DNA of 64,000 nt from Dehalococcoidia bacterium. Lineage in GTDB: Bacteria > Chloroflexota > Dehalococcoidia > DSTF01 > JACRBR01. Below the pieces are notes generated by a model. The model saw only the letters and a program-made list of their open reading frames with translations. It was not told the origin of the DNA and ran no database searches. Location: positions 2,530-66,529 of the forward strand of contig DASRHM010000048.1 in the NCBI GenBank assembly GCA_035650575.1, written 5' to 3'. The number at the start of each line of letters is the position of its first letter. Position 1 is the first letter of the stretch. Made by a program: the position numbers and the translations under genes. Shown one piece after another: positions 19,354-29,707 of the stretch.

Positions 19354-20196
19354 CTACTGTCCGCGGACATTCGTCGCGTATAGCAGGTGCCCGCCGGCGC
19401 GGCGTTCTGCGCGGGGCGCACCGAGGTAGCGCTCGGCGACTTCCGCCGGACCGAGGTCCTCGACGCGCGTGAACCCGAGCGTCCGCATGCGCGCGTGCAA
19501 CTCCACCGGCACGAAGTGCGTGAGCCACGGCTCGCCGATCGCCGCCACCCGCGACGCGCGGTCGAGGTGCTGCGCGCGGCCGTCCGCAGCGAGTGCGCCG
19601 GGCGGGTCGCTGTAATCGAATGCGACGTGCGCGCTGCCGGGCGTGCCGGCGATGAAGCCAAGCGTCGACCAGACCGCGTCTTCCGTCAGGTAGGGCACGA
19701 CCCCCAGCAGGCTGAAGAACGTCTCGCGCGCCTCGTCGAAGCCTCCTGCGCGCAACCCTTCGCGCAGCGTCTGCCGCTCGAAATCGATCGCCGCGAACGT
19801 GAGCCACGCGGGCACGTCGATGCGGGCCGCGGCGAGGCGCTCGCGCTTCCACGCCTGCGTCGCGGGATGGTCGACCTCGAAGATTCGCAGCCCCTCGCGC
19901 GCCGGTGTGCGGTAGGCGAACGTGTCGAGCCCGGCGCCGAGGATCACGACCTGCCGCAGCCCGCGTTCGATCGTCGTCACGATGCGGTCCTCGGCGAAGC
20001 GGCTGCGCGCGGCGATGAAGACGCGCATCCGGCGCGCGACGTCGGCGCCCTGGTCGCGCACGAGCGCTTCCGCATCGGCGCCGAGGATGCGGAGCGCGAG
20101 CGGGTCGCGGAAGATGCGCCCCTGCTCGACGACCTGGTGCGCCGCGCGGTACGCCGCGGCCGCGAGCGCCGTCCGGCTCGCCCGCGCTTCCTCCAC
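19354..20196 (-). CDS. class I SAM-dependent methyltransferase (LCM/TcmP-like)
   Basis: VVILGAGLDTFAYR... matches the O-methyltransferase TIGR00027-type family. Start abuts the stop of the MFS gene. Confidence 0.7.
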   Translation of the reverse strand: MEEARASRTALAAAAYRAAHQVVEQGRIFRDPLALRILGADAEALVRDQGADVARRMRVFIAARSRFAEDRIVTTIERGLRQVVILGAGLDTFAYRTPAREGLRIFEVDHPATQAWKRERLAAARIDVPAWLTFAAIDFERQTLREGLRAGGFDEARETFFSLLGVVPYLTEDAVWSTLGFIAGTPGSAHVAFDYSDPPGALAADGRAQHLDRASRVAAIGEPWLTHFVPVELHARMRTLGFTRVEDLGPAEVAERYLGAPRAERRAGGHLLYATNVRGQ

Positions 20197-20197
20197 G

Positions 20198-21679
20198 CTA
20201 CGATCCGCCGCCGCCGGCCGCTTCGGCTGTCACGCGCACCGTCTCCATGCGCTGTCGCAGCGTTTCGGCGGCCTTCCGGTCATCGATCGTGAAGGCGAGG
20301 AAGAAGGGGATCGCCAGCAGGGCGAAGGCGGCGAGGAACGCTTCGTGGTACCCGAGCACGGCGGCGTGGCGCATCGCCTCCGCGCTGGCGTTCGGGCCCG
20401 CGTGCGCGTTCGTGCGGTTGATGGCGACCGTGATGATCAATGCCACCCCGAAGGACGCCGCCACCTGCCGGAGCGTGTTGTAGATCGATGATGCGGCGCC
20501 CTGCTTCGAACTTTCGAGCGGGCCGTAGAGGATGGTCTGCGACGCGACGGCGGCGAACGCGAACGGGAGGCCGCGCAGCAGGAGCAGGATCACCACGTAC
20601 CACGCGGGCGAGTCGAGCTGCAGCGTGAGGAACGGCAGCATCGTCACGGCGGCGAAGAAGAACCCGAATAACAGCATGCGCCGGGGGCCGATGCGCGGGT
20701 AGAGGCGGCTGGCGAGCGGCAGCGAGATCGCGGTGCCGACGGTGCTCGGCGCCTGGATGAGCCCCGCCTGCAACGGCGAGTAGCCCTGGAGCTCCTGCAG
20801 GAAGAGCGTCAGCAGCAGGATGAAGCCGCCGAAGGCGCCGAACGCCGGCATCATCATCAGGTTGCCCGAGGCGAAAAGCCAGCGCTTGAAGAGCCGCAGG
20901 TCGAGGACCGGGTTGGGCACGATGAGCTCGATGGCGGCAAAGAGGGCCATCAGGGCGAGCCCTCCCAGCCCGAAGCCCATCACCGTGCTCGATGTCCAGC
21001 CGCGGTTCGCCGCCTCCGACACGGCATAGAGCGTCATCGCCGCGCCCGCGCCGCCGGTGATCAGCCCGAGGATATCGATGCGGCCCTGGGCGTACTCCTC
21101 CTTGTGCTCGTGCAGGACGCGCAGCCCGAGCAGGAAGCCGGCGACGCCCACGGGCAGGTTGACGTAAAAGATCCAGCGCCAGCTCGCGTACTCGGTGAGG
21201 TAGCCTCCGACTACGGGGCCCACCGTGGGCGCCAGGACCACCGGGATCGAGATGATCGCGGAGGCGCGGGCCCGCTCGACGCCGGGGAACTCGCGCGAGA
21301 GCATCGCGGTGCCGACGGGGGTCATCATGCCGCCGCCGACGCCCTGCACGAAGCGGAAGAGGACGAGCTCTTCCACCGAGCGCGCCTGGCCGCAGGCGGC
21401 GGAGGCGACGACGAAGATGGCCATCGCCGTCAGGAAGACGCGCTTGGTGCCGAGCCGGTCGCTGAGGAAGCCCGCGGCCGGGATGAAGACCGCCAGGCTG
21501 AGCAGGTATCCCGTGACCGTCCACTCGACGGTGGAGGTGGTGGTATGGAACTCCTGGGTCAGCTTCGGGATCGCGACGTTCACAACGGTCGTGTCCATGA
21601 GGTCCATGAACATGCCGAAGACGAAGACGATGGCGACGAGCCAGCGATAGGGGATCTCGGAGAGCCGTGGGAGCGCCAT
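20198..21679 (-). CDS. MFS transporter, DHA2 (EmrB/QacA) family, 14 TMS
   Basis: 493 aa. Motif LGTKRVFLTAMAIFVVASAACG and multiple TM segments. Confidence 0.85.
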   Translation of the reverse strand: MALPRLSEIPYRWLVAIVFVFGMFMDLMDTTVVNVAIPKLTQEFHTTTSTVEWTVTGYLLSLAVFIPAAGFLSDRLGTKRVFLTAMAIFVVASAACGQARSVEELVLFRFVQGVGGGMMTPVGTAMLSREFPGVERARASAIISIPVVLAPTVGPVVGGYLTEYASWRWIFYVNLPVGVAGFLLGLRVLHEHKEEYAQGRIDILGLITGGAGAAMTLYAVSEAANRGWTSSTVMGFGLGGLALMALFAAIELIVPNPVLDLRLFKRWLFASGNLMMMPAFGAFGGFILLLTLFLQELQGYSPLQAGLIQAPSTVGTAISLPLASRLYPRIGPRRMLLFGFFFAAVTMLPFLTLQLDSPAWYVVILLLLRGLPFAFAAVASQTILYGPLESSKQGAASSIYNTLRQVAASFGVALIITVAINRTNAHAGPNASAEAMRHAAVLGYHEAFLAAFALLAIPFFLAFTIDDRKAAETLRQRMETVRVTAEAAGGGGS

Positions 21680-21882
21680 GAGACCTCGGACGGGGGGCCG
21701 CGGACGACCTCACGCTTACGTGCACGTCGGCGCGGCCTCGAACCCATGCTAGCGATGCGATCGCGGTGGCGCGAGCCGGGGTGGGCGAATGTTTCGAAGG
21801 CGTGATCGCGGGGGGCGGTTCACAGTTGGTTAACACTTGCGCAGGAATTCGTTCACAGGGCGCCCGTAGAGTGCCTGTCGAG

Positions 21883-21980
21883 GGCGGACCGCTTGCGCGT
21901 CTGGAAATCAGGCGTAGGGTGTGACAACTTGAGGCAGGGAGTGAGCAAGCGGTCCGCCCGCTTGCTCTCTTGCTTATAAT
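21883..21980. promoter_or_regulatory. divergent promoter/operator region of the MFS gene and the two-component operon
   Basis: Lower GC. Direct repeat GTTCACAG x2 (21851-21891 region). 14-bp inverted repeat GGCGGACCGCTTGC (21883-96) / GCAAGCGGTCCGCC (21945-58). TGcTTATAAT (-10-like, 21971-80) lies about 33 nt before ATG 22013. Confidence 0.45.
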
Positions 21981-22012
21981 GGCCCCGGCGTTCGAACGAG
22001 AAAGTCGATAGC

Positions 22013-22705
22013 ATGCCGGGCACCATCCTCGTCGTCGATGACGAGAAGAACATCGTCCAGCTCGCCCGCCTGTATCTGAACAACGAGGGCTTCCGCGTCG
22101 AGACCGCGTCCGACGGGAAGCAGGCGCTGGAGCGAGCGAAGAGCGTCAAACCCGACCTGATCGTGCTGGACATCATGATGCCGGAGATGGACGGCCTGAC
22201 CGTCTGCCGCGAGCTCCGGAAGACCAGCAACGTGCCGGTGATCATCCTCACGGCCCGCGGCGACGACGTGGACCGCATCATCGGGCTGGAGATCGGCGCC
22301 GATGATTACATGGCGAAGCCGTTCAACCCGCGCGAGCTGGTGGCGCGGGTGAAGGCCGTGCTGCGGCGCGCCCAGGGCGAGCGGGAGGTGCCCGAGGTCA
22401 TCGAGGTCGACGGCCTGCGCATCGACGCCGCAAGCCGCGAGGTGACGCTGGACGGGCGGTTGATCCAGCTTCGGGCGAAGGAATTCGAGCTGCTGTCGGC
22501 CTTCGCGCAGCACAAGGGCACCGTGCTCGACCGCGAGCGGCTGCTCCGGATGGTGTGGGGTGCGGACTACTACGGCGACACGCGGACGATCGATGTCCAC
22601 GTCGCGTGGCTCCGGGACAAGCTCGGTGACGCGCGGGTCAAGATCCAGACCGTATGGGGCGTGGGCTACAAGCTCGTGGTTGAAGACGATGCTCGGGAGC
22701 CTTAG
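22013..22705 (+). CDS. OmpR/PhoB-family response regulator
   Basis: Receiver domain (LVVDDE...D...LDIMMP) plus winged-helix output domain. Confidence 0.9.
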   Translation: MPGTILVVDDEKNIVQLARLYLNNEGFRVETASDGKQALERAKSVKPDLIVLDIMMPEMDGLTVCRELRKTSNVPVIILTARGDDVDRIIGLEIGADDYMAKPFNPRELVARVKAVLRRAQGEREVPEVIEVDGLRIDAASREVTLDGRLIQLRAKEFELLSAFAQHKGTVLDRERLLRMVWGADYYGDTRTIDVHVAWLRDKLGDARVKIQTVWGVGYKLVVEDDAREP

Positions 22706-24230
22706 GGCCCGCCTGATCGTCTCCTTCGCGCTGGTCGTCGCCCTCGCGGTGTTCCTCGCCGGGGCCGGCGCGCTGTTCCTGCTGCGCGACCGGGAGCAGG
22801 CGGCGGCCCGCGAGCGCTACGGGCGCTTTGCCGAGCCGGTGAACGCCCAAATCGCCAACATGGTCGCGCACGGGCAGCCCCTGGGCGACATGCGCGCGGC
22901 GATGGCGGTCTACGCGGACCAGCTCGACGTGCGCGTGCTCCTGCTCAACGACGACCTGCAGGTGATCTACGACAGCGACGCCGCGAAGCTCGAGGGGCGC
23001 TACGTGCTCTCGTTCGAGAACCGGCGCCTCGCCGTCGCCGAGGCGGGGAACCAGCACTACACCTGGGCCGACTACCACGGCGGCGACGTGCACCTGACGC
23101 TCTTCGCGCCGCCCGGCGCCACGCAGGAGATGGCGCAGGCTTCGGACGGGCAGGCCTACGAGGCGCTGATCGCCATCCCGGCGAGCCAGCTCTCGTCGGC
23201 GTGGCTGGACCTGGCGCCGCGGCTCGCGCTCGCCGGGGCGATCGCGCTCGCCGTCTCGTTCGGCGTCTCGTACTTCATCTCGCGCTCGATCTCCCGCCCG
23301 CTGGGGCGCATCACCGAGGCCTCGGTCGAGATGTCGCGCGGGAACTACGACGTCTACATCCCGATCCGCGGCGAGGACGAGGTGGGGCGGCTGTCCGAGG
23401 CGTTCAACGCGATGGCGCGGCAGGTGAGCTCGTCGCAGCAGACGATGCGCGACCTGCTCGCGAACGTGAGCCATGAGTTGAAGACGCCGCTGACCTCGAT
23501 CCAGGGCTTCTCGCAGGCGATCATCGACGGCGCCGTGACGACGGAGGAGGACCTGCAGGAGTCCGGGCGCATCATCCACGAGGAAGCGAACCGCATGCGC
23601 GCGCTCGTCGACGACCTGCTGCTGCTCTCGCAGATCGAGTCGGGGCAGATGGTGATGCAGCACGCGCACGTGGACCTGCGCGCCCTGCTCGAGGCGACCG
23701 TCGAGCGCTTTCAGTGGGCGCTGCGCGATGCGGAGGTGAGCGCGCACCTGGACTTCGGGTCGATGCCGCCGGTGCACGGCGACGAGCGGCGGCTCGAGCA
23801 GGTGTTCACGAACCTGATCACGAACGCGGTGCGCCACACCCCGCGCGGCGGCGTGATCACGGTGCGGGCGGGCGCCGACCTGGGCGGCGTGGTGGTCAGC
23901 GTGCACAACACGGGGTCGCTGATCCCGGCGGAGGACCTGCCGCGCGTCTTCGAGCGCTTCTTCCAGGTGGACCGCGCGCGGGCGCGCAAGCCGGGCAGCA
24001 GCGGGCTCGGGCTGGCGATCGTCGCGGAGATCGTCGAGGCGCACGGCGGGACGGTGAAGGCGCTGAGCAGCCCGGGCCACGGCACCGAGTTCGTCGTGAC
24101 GTTGCCCGGGACGACGATGCCCGAGCAGCGGAGCGGCCGCGCGCCGGCGAAGGACGACGCGCGCGCCACGCGGCGGCCCCGGAAAGAGGGCAGAGGCGTC
24201 AGAAACCAGAGCGGCGTCGCCCCGCCGTAG
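22689..24230 (+). CDS. sensor histidine kinase (HAMP-HisKA-HATPase)
   Basis: Two TM helices, HAMP, H-box LANVSHELKTPLTSI, and G-boxes GSSGLGLAIV / N-box. Overlaps the RR gene by 17 nt. Confidence 0.88.
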   Translation: MLGSLRARLIVSFALVVALAVFLAGAGALFLLRDREQAAARERYGRFAEPVNAQIANMVAHGQPLGDMRAAMAVYADQLDVRVLLLNDDLQVIYDSDAAKLEGRYVLSFENRRLAVAEAGNQHYTWADYHGGDVHLTLFAPPGATQEMAQASDGQAYEALIAIPASQLSSAWLDLAPRLALAGAIALAVSFGVSYFISRSISRPLGRITEASVEMSRGNYDVYIPIRGEDEVGRLSEAFNAMARQVSSSQQTMRDLLANVSHELKTPLTSIQGFSQAIIDGAVTTEEDLQESGRIIHEEANRMRALVDDLLLLSQIESGQMVMQHAHVDLRALLEATVERFQWALRDAEVSAHLDFGSMPPVHGDERRLEQVFTNLITNAVRHTPRGGVITVRAGADLGGVVVSVHNTGSLIPAEDLPRVFERFFQVDRARARKPGSSGLGLAIVAEIVEAHGGTVKALSSPGHGTEFVVTLPGTTMPEQRSGRAPAKDDARATRRPRKEGRGVRNQSGVAPP

Positions 24231-24294
24231 CCGCTTCCACCGCCCGGCCTCGCCGTCGTTCCGCCTCGCTCTCGCCGCCGACTAGACTGGCGCC

Positions 24295-25407
24295 ATGTCC
24301 GACTCGCTGACGGCGGTGATCCTCGCGGGCGGCGCCGGGACGCGCCTGCGCCCGCTGACCTACGCCCGACGCAAGGAGCTGGTACCGGTGGTCAACCGGC
24401 CGCTGCTCGAGTACCGCTTCCTCAACCTGCGCCAGCACGGGGTGACCGACATCGTGCTCGCGTGCTCGCAGGGAATGCGCGAGATCGAGGAGCACTTCGG
24501 CGACGGCGCCTCGCTCGGCGTGCGCCTGCGCTACCGCTACGAGGACCGGCCGCTGGGCTCCGGCCGCGCCGTAAAGGAGGCGGCGCGCTGGGCCGGCGCG
24601 AAGGGTACGCTCGTCGTCTGCAACGGCGACATCCTGACGATGATCGACCTCACGGCAATGCTGGAGCGGCATCGGGCGACCGATGCAACGCTCAGCATCT
24701 CGCTGGCGCGCGTCGATGACCCCTGGCACTTCGGCGTCGTCGAGACCGACGAGGACCTGCGGATCCGCCGCTTCGTCGAGAAGCCGCCGCAGGGGGAGGA
24801 GCCGAGCAATCTGATCAACGCGGGGACCTGGCTCTTCGAGCCGGAGGTGCTCGAACGCGTGCCGGACGGCGACTCGGCGCTGCGCGACGGCTTCGCGGAA
24901 CGCGTGCTGTTCCCGGGCATCATCGCCGACGGCAAGCGCGTGCAGGGGTTCGAGGAGGACCTCTGGGTGGACGTCGGTTCGCCCGAGCGCTACCTGCTCG
25001 CGAACCGCCTGCTGCTCGACCGCACGACGGCATCGTGGGGGCGCGACACGATGCTCGAGGAGGGCGCCGACGTGGCGGCCGGCGCGCGCGTCACCGGGAA
25101 GGTCGCGTTCGGCGCGCGCGCGCGCATCGAGACCGGCGCGATGATCGAGGGGCCGTGCGTCATCGGCCATGATTCAATCGTGAAGGCCGGCGCAACGGTG
25201 CGGGCGAGCGTGCTCTGGGAGGAGACGACGATCGGCGAACGGGCGACCGTCGAGGGGAGCATCGTCGCGGCGTATGCCGCGGTCGGCGACGGCGCCGAGG
25301 TGCGCGACGCGGTGCTCGCGAACGGCGCCGAGGTGGTCGAGCGGTGCCGGCTGGAGCCCGGCGCGCGGGTGATGCCGAACGAGCGCGCCGGCGGGGAGGA
25401 CGCGTGA
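24295..25407 (+). CDS. NDP-sugar pyrophosphorylase (mannose-1-P guanylyltransferase / glucose-1-P nucleotidyltransferase-like) with C-terminal LbH domain
   Basis: AVILAGGAGTRLRPLT signature. Hexapeptide-repeat C-terminus. Confidence 0.8.
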   Translation: MSDSLTAVILAGGAGTRLRPLTYARRKELVPVVNRPLLEYRFLNLRQHGVTDIVLACSQGMREIEEHFGDGASLGVRLRYRYEDRPLGSGRAVKEAARWAGAKGTLVVCNGDILTMIDLTAMLERHRATDATLSISLARVDDPWHFGVVETDEDLRIRRFVEKPPQGEEPSNLINAGTWLFEPEVLERVPDGDSALRDGFAERVLFPGIIADGKRVQGFEEDLWVDVGSPERYLLANRLLLDRTTASWGRDTMLEEGADVAAGARVTGKVAFGARARIETGAMIEGPCVIGHDSIVKAGATVRASVLWEETTIGERATVEGSIVAAYAAVGDGAEVRDAVLANGAEVVERCRLEPGARVMPNERAGGEDA

Positions 25408-26015
25408 AGCCGGCAGCGCGCACGGGCGAGCCGATCGTGATCGCCGACTACGACCCGGCCTGGCCGGAGCGCTTCGCGCGCGAGCGGGCGCTGATCGTCG
25501 AGGCGTGCGGGCCGCAGACGTTCCTTGCCATCGAGCACATTGGCAGCACCTCGGTGCCGGGGCTCGCCGCGAAGCCGATCATCGACATCATGCCGGGCGT
25601 GCGCGCGCTCGATGCCTTCGCGCCGGCCATCGCGAAGCTCGAGGGCATCGGCTACGAGTACGTGCCGGAGTTCGAGCGCCCGATCCCGGAGATGGACGAC
25701 CCGGGGATGCCGTTCCGGCGCTATTTCCGGAAGGACGCCGGCGGCGAGCGCGCGTTCCACCTGCACGTCGTCGAGATGGGGAGCGGCTTCTGGCGCGACC
25801 ACCTGGTGTTCCGCGACTACCTGCGCGCGCATCCGGAGGCCGCCGCGGCGTACGCCGATCTCAAGCGGGCGATCGCGGCGGACTACAACGCCGCGCTGCA
25901 GCCGCACTACGGCAGCATCGAGCGGAACAAGCACTACACGGACCGGAAGAGCGACTTCGTCGCCGGGACGATGGCGGCGGCCCGCGCGGAGGCCGAAGCG
26001 GCAGCCGGGCGATGA
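25404..26015 (+). CDS. GrpB family protein
   Basis: IADYDPAWPERF...IEHIGSTSVPGLAAKPIIDIM. GTG start overlaps the upstream TGA (GTGA). Confidence 0.7.
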   Translation: MKPAARTGEPIVIADYDPAWPERFARERALIVEACGPQTFLAIEHIGSTSVPGLAAKPIIDIMPGVRALDAFAPAIAKLEGIGYEYVPEFERPIPEMDDPGMPFRRYFRKDAGGERAFHLHVVEMGSGFWRDHLVFRDYLRAHPEAAAAYADLKRAIAADYNAALQPHYGSIERNKHYTDRKSDFVAGTMAAARAEAEAAAGR

Positions 26016-26743
26016 CCATCCGCGCGATCTTCTACGACGCCGGCCATACGCTCGTCCGCCCGCGGCCGGAGATCGACGAGGTCTGGGACTTCCTCGCGCA
26101 TCAGCTGAAGATCGAGATCGCGGCGGAGCATCGCGGCGACTTCCCGGACGTGGCGGCGTTCTTCTACGCGCGGCTGGGGAAGGACGGGCTCGGCGCCTAC
26201 ACCTCGGACGATGCGGCGCGCAGCTTCTGGGCGGAGTACTACGCCTACGCGCTGCGCGATGCCGCGCCCGGCCTCGAGCGCGAGGAGCTGCTCTCGGCGG
26301 GCGCGGCGATGTTCGACTGGTACGGCGAGCCGGCGCAGTGGGAGCCGTTCCCGGACGTACTCGACGCGTTGCGTGCGGCGCGCGCGCGCGGGCTCGCTCA
26401 GGGCGTGGTCTCGGACTGGGGCACGGACCTGCTGCCGATCCTGCACGCGCATGAGATCACGCGGCTGATGGACTTCGTCGTCGCATCGGCCGTCGTGGGG
26501 TCGTCGAAGCCGCAGCGCGACATCTTCCTGCACGCGCTGGGGCGCGCCGGCGTGCGCGCGGAGGAGGCGGTGTACGTCGGTGACTCCTACCTGGCGGATG
26601 TGCTCGGCTCGCGCGCCGCGGGCCTGCACCCGGTGCTGATCGACCGCGAGGGCAAGGCGCCGCCGATCGACGCGCCGGTCGTGCGGTCGTTGGGGGACGT
26701 GCTCGGCGTCGTCGATGCGATCGACGCGCGGGCGGGCGCGTAA
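26012..26743 (+). CDS. HAD-superfamily hydrolase
   Basis: IFYDAGHTL (DxG motif I variant) and GDSYLADVLGSRAAGL (motif IV). ATGA overlap with grpB. Confidence 0.7.
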   Translation: MTIRAIFYDAGHTLVRPRPEIDEVWDFLAHQLKIEIAAEHRGDFPDVAAFFYARLGKDGLGAYTSDDAARSFWAEYYAYALRDAAPGLEREELLSAGAAMFDWYGEPAQWEPFPDVLDALRAARARGLAQGVVSDWGTDLLPILHAHEITRLMDFVVASAVVGSSKPQRDIFLHALGRAGVRAEEAVYVGDSYLADVLGSRAAGLHPVLIDREGKAPPIDAPVVRSLGDVLGVVDAIDARAGA

Positions 26744-26880
26744 CGCGCGTTGCGCGCTGGGCCGCGTGACGGCTGCTGATCGGCCCACCCGCGCCCGCCG
26801 AGACTTGGCTTGAGTCCGGGGACCCCCGGAGAGCCCCCTGCACGCCCCTTGAGCGTTGGTCCGGGCGGCTTGTCCTCCGC

Positions 26881-28839
26881 TCAGCCGTAGAGCGCGCGGC
26901 GGAGGTCTTCGCGCAGGGGCGTGCCGTCGAGGCGCAGGCGGCGCGGGTTGTAGTCCGCGTGCTCGATGAGCAGGTACAGGTCCTCCGGCGTGACGCCGGC
27001 CGGCAGCGGCAGGCCGCACGTGCCGCCGGCGCCGGTGCGCGCCCGCGCGAGGGTCTTCGGCGCGCCGGTCGCGGCGTCGTGCGTGACGAGCGTGACCTCC
27101 GCGCCCTCGACCGGCGGCCGCTCGCCCGCGGCGTCGGCGTCGTTCGCGAGCACTTCGACCATCGCCGTGCGGCCGTCCTCGTGCGGCGTCACCGCGACCG
27201 CCATGTCGATGAGGTAGACGAGCGGCGCGGCGACGACCGCCTTCATGCCGGCGTTCACGACCGCCTGCACCTGGTCCGCCTTCAGCGAGGCATCGGTCGC
27301 GGCCATCCCGTGGTCCGTCGTGACGATGAACAGCGTGTCGTCGTACAGCCCGCGCTCGGCCAGCGCGTCGAGGATGCGCCCGATGCGCACATCCGTCTCG
27401 TCGAGCGCCACGCGCTCGCCCTCGGAGTGTGGCCCGTAGTCGTGGCCGACGCCATCGGTGAGCGGCATCTCGTGGAACATGAACGCGGGCGGCGGGTGGC
27501 CCTCCTCCGTGTAGAGCACGAGCGCCTGCGCGAGGCCGCGCGTCTCGATGATGGACTCGCCGTGGGCGCCGCGCTGGCCGTCCTGCTCCCACTTCGGGCT
27601 CGTGTCCCCCGCGTACTCGGCGGTGAGCGCCTTGAGCATCGCGCGGTCGCCGACGATGCGGCGCTCGAGCGTCGCGTGGTCGGCGCCGCGCGTGCACGGT
27701 TCGTGGATCGAGGCGGTGAGCGCGCCGTTCATGCCGCCGTCCCACTCGCCGAAGACGCGGTGGAACGCCTCGTACAGCGTCTCCACGCCCGGGCCGAGGA
27801 AGCGCGCCGTGTCGAACTGCTGGCCCTGCGGCGTCACGACCTCGCGCGTCTCGCGCAGGTAGTAGGTGGGGTTGACGATGTCATGGTGGCCGCCCCACGC
27901 GCCGGTGCCGATGGCGTTGTGGCTCGGCCACGTGATGCTCGGGAAGTTGGTGAACGACCCGAACTCGAACATCGTCCCGTTGCGGATCAGGCGGCGCAGG
28001 TTCGGGATGCCGTCCGGGTCCGTCGCCAGCCGGTGCTTCAGCTCGGTGTTGCTCAGGCCGTCGAGCAGGAAGATGTAGACGCGCTTCGGGGCGCCGCGCG
28101 CGGGATCGAGGATCTCGTCCAGCACGCGGCCGTCCTGGCGCTTCAGGTAGACATCGGGCGCGACGCCGCGCTCCGAGGACGTGCGGCCGGTGCAGTCGGC
28201 GCCGTCGATCAGCGGGAAGCCGCAGAGCTTCGCGATCGTCGGCGCGATGTCGACCTGGCGCGAGAGCGCGTCGGTCATCTCGCCGCGCCTGACGCCCGGC
28301 CCGGAGAAGATCAGGGGCGAGCGCGCCTGCACGACATCGAGCGCGCCGTGCTGGCCGGGCTGGCGGCCGAACGCGTACGCCTTCGGGTTCACGACGAGGT
28401 CCGGCGCGTTCGGGCTGTCGAAGAGCTGCGAGATGCGCTCGTACGCCAGCGGGTAGGTGACGTGCGCCGGCTCGATGTAGGCGACATTCGCGTCGGCCGG
28501 GTCGAAGCCGGAAGCGCGCGACGCCGCGAGCTCGTCGTCGACCGTGGCCAGGGCGCGCGGGTCCTGGTCCGCGACCGGATTCTCGCCGATCTGCTCGATG
28601 ACCTCGTAGGCGTAGCCGCCGCCGGGCGCGTAGCGGCGCTCGAAGCGCACCATCCCGCGCTGCGCCCAGATCTCGTACGCGCCGTCGCGGTACGTGGCGA
28701 CGAAGTCGGTCTGCGGGCCCGCGATGTCGTCGGTCAGCAGGATGCGGATGGCGCGCTCGCCGGACTCGTACTGCTCCGGGTCGAGGCCCTGGCCGGCGAG
28801 GCGCTCCGGGCCGACGGCGGTCGATGCGGTGGTGGTCAT
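26881..28839 (-). CDS. alkaline-phosphatase-superfamily protein (nucleotide pyrophosphatase/phosphodiesterase-like)
   Basis: 652 aa. YIFLLDGL, TxP metal-site-like motifs and DHGM. AAGGAG lies 5 nt before the ATG. Confidence 0.6.
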   Translation of the reverse strand: MTTTASTAVGPERLAGQGLDPEQYESGERAIRILLTDDIAGPQTDFVATYRDGAYEIWAQRGMVRFERRYAPGGGYAYEVIEQIGENPVADQDPRALATVDDELAASRASGFDPADANVAYIEPAHVTYPLAYERISQLFDSPNAPDLVVNPKAYAFGRQPGQHGALDVVQARSPLIFSGPGVRRGEMTDALSRQVDIAPTIAKLCGFPLIDGADCTGRTSSERGVAPDVYLKRQDGRVLDEILDPARGAPKRVYIFLLDGLSNTELKHRLATDPDGIPNLRRLIRNGTMFEFGSFTNFPSITWPSHNAIGTGAWGGHHDIVNPTYYLRETREVVTPQGQQFDTARFLGPGVETLYEAFHRVFGEWDGGMNGALTASIHEPCTRGADHATLERRIVGDRAMLKALTAEYAGDTSPKWEQDGQRGAHGESIIETRGLAQALVLYTEEGHPPPAFMFHEMPLTDGVGHDYGPHSEGERVALDETDVRIGRILDALAERGLYDDTLFIVTTDHGMAATDASLKADQVQAVVNAGMKAVVAAPLVYLIDMAVAVTPHEDGRTAMVEVLANDADAAGERPPVEGAEVTLVTHDAATGAPKTLARARTGAGGTCGLPLPAGVTPEDLYLLIEHADYNPRRLRLDGTPLREDLRRALYG

Positions 28840-29029
28840 GCGCTGCTCCTTGACGTCGGGGTGAAATGATCGTCGAGCGGCCGCGCAGGGGCAACCGGAG
28901 GGCGTTTCAGCCGCGAGCTTGACACGAGGCCCCGGAACTTGACGTGCGCGGCTATGCGGCGGCGCCGGCCGGGTTTAGGTTGGAAACGGCCCCGCCCGGA
29001 CAGCTGAGAACACGGAAAGGCTGGCACGG

Positions 29030-29131
29030 ATGACGCTCGGCGAGCTGCTCGGCAACATTTTCTGGCTGGCGCTGATGGGCGTCATCCTCACCTGGGCGTA
29101 CGACACGCTGAGACCCTGGTTCCGGAAGTAA
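29030..29131 (+). CDS. unannotated 33-aa hydrophobic peptide (MTLGELLGNIFWLALMGVILTWAYDTLRPWFRK)
   Basis: Not in the ORF track. ATG with GGAAAGG about 11 nt upstream. GC3-biased. Single TM helix. Divergent from the phosphodiesterase gene. Confidence 0.3.
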   Translation: MTLGELLGNIFWLALMGVILTWAYDTLRPWFRK

Positions 29132-29174
29132 CTAGCTCTCGACAAGTAATGGGCGCCGGTGCTACGCTCGCCGC

Positions 29175-29693
29175 ATGGTGAGCGAAGACATCCGCGCGCG
29201 CGTCACGTCGTACATCCGCCACCAGGCGCAGAAACCGAACGGCGAGCTGGTGGCGCTGATCGACGAGAGCCAGCAGCGCCTGCTCGGCGTGCTCGCGTCC
29301 GTCGATGACGCGACGAGCAGGCGCGCGCCGGCGGGCGACGGCGAGTGGTGCCTGCGCGACCTCGTGCGCCACGTGATCGATGCGGAGGACCTGGTGGTCG
29401 CGCTCATCGCGGCGACGCAGCGGGGCGAGGCCCCGGCGCGGCGCGGCGGCATCGGCTCGATGATCGACGACGACGGCCGGCCGTGGGCGGCGCTGCTCGA
29501 CGACCTGCGGGCGACCAACGCGCGGATGCTCGACGCGACGCGCGGGCTGCCGGCCGCGGCGCCGGACGGCGCGGCGAAGCACCCGTTCTTCGGCGAGCTG
29601 GACTGCCGCGAGTGGGCGGCGTTCCAGCGCGTCCACGACGCCGACCACATCCAGCACGCGCAGCGGATCCTCGACTCCGTGCGCGGCGCGTAG
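29175..29693 (+). CDS. DinB-family (DinB_2 / mycothiol-maleylpyruvate-isomerase-like) protein
   Basis: 172 aa. Pattern 'W..RD.V.H..D.E' plus C-terminal HxxxH. Confidence 0.5.
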   Translation: MVSEDIRARVTSYIRHQAQKPNGELVALIDESQQRLLGVLASVDDATSRRAPAGDGEWCLRDLVRHVIDAEDLVVALIAATQRGEAPARRGGIGSMIDDDGRPWAALLDDLRATNARMLDATRGLPAAAPDGAAKHPFFGELDCREWAAFQRVHDADHIQHAQRILDSVRGA

Positions 29694-29707
29694 CGCGATG
29701 CGCGGCG

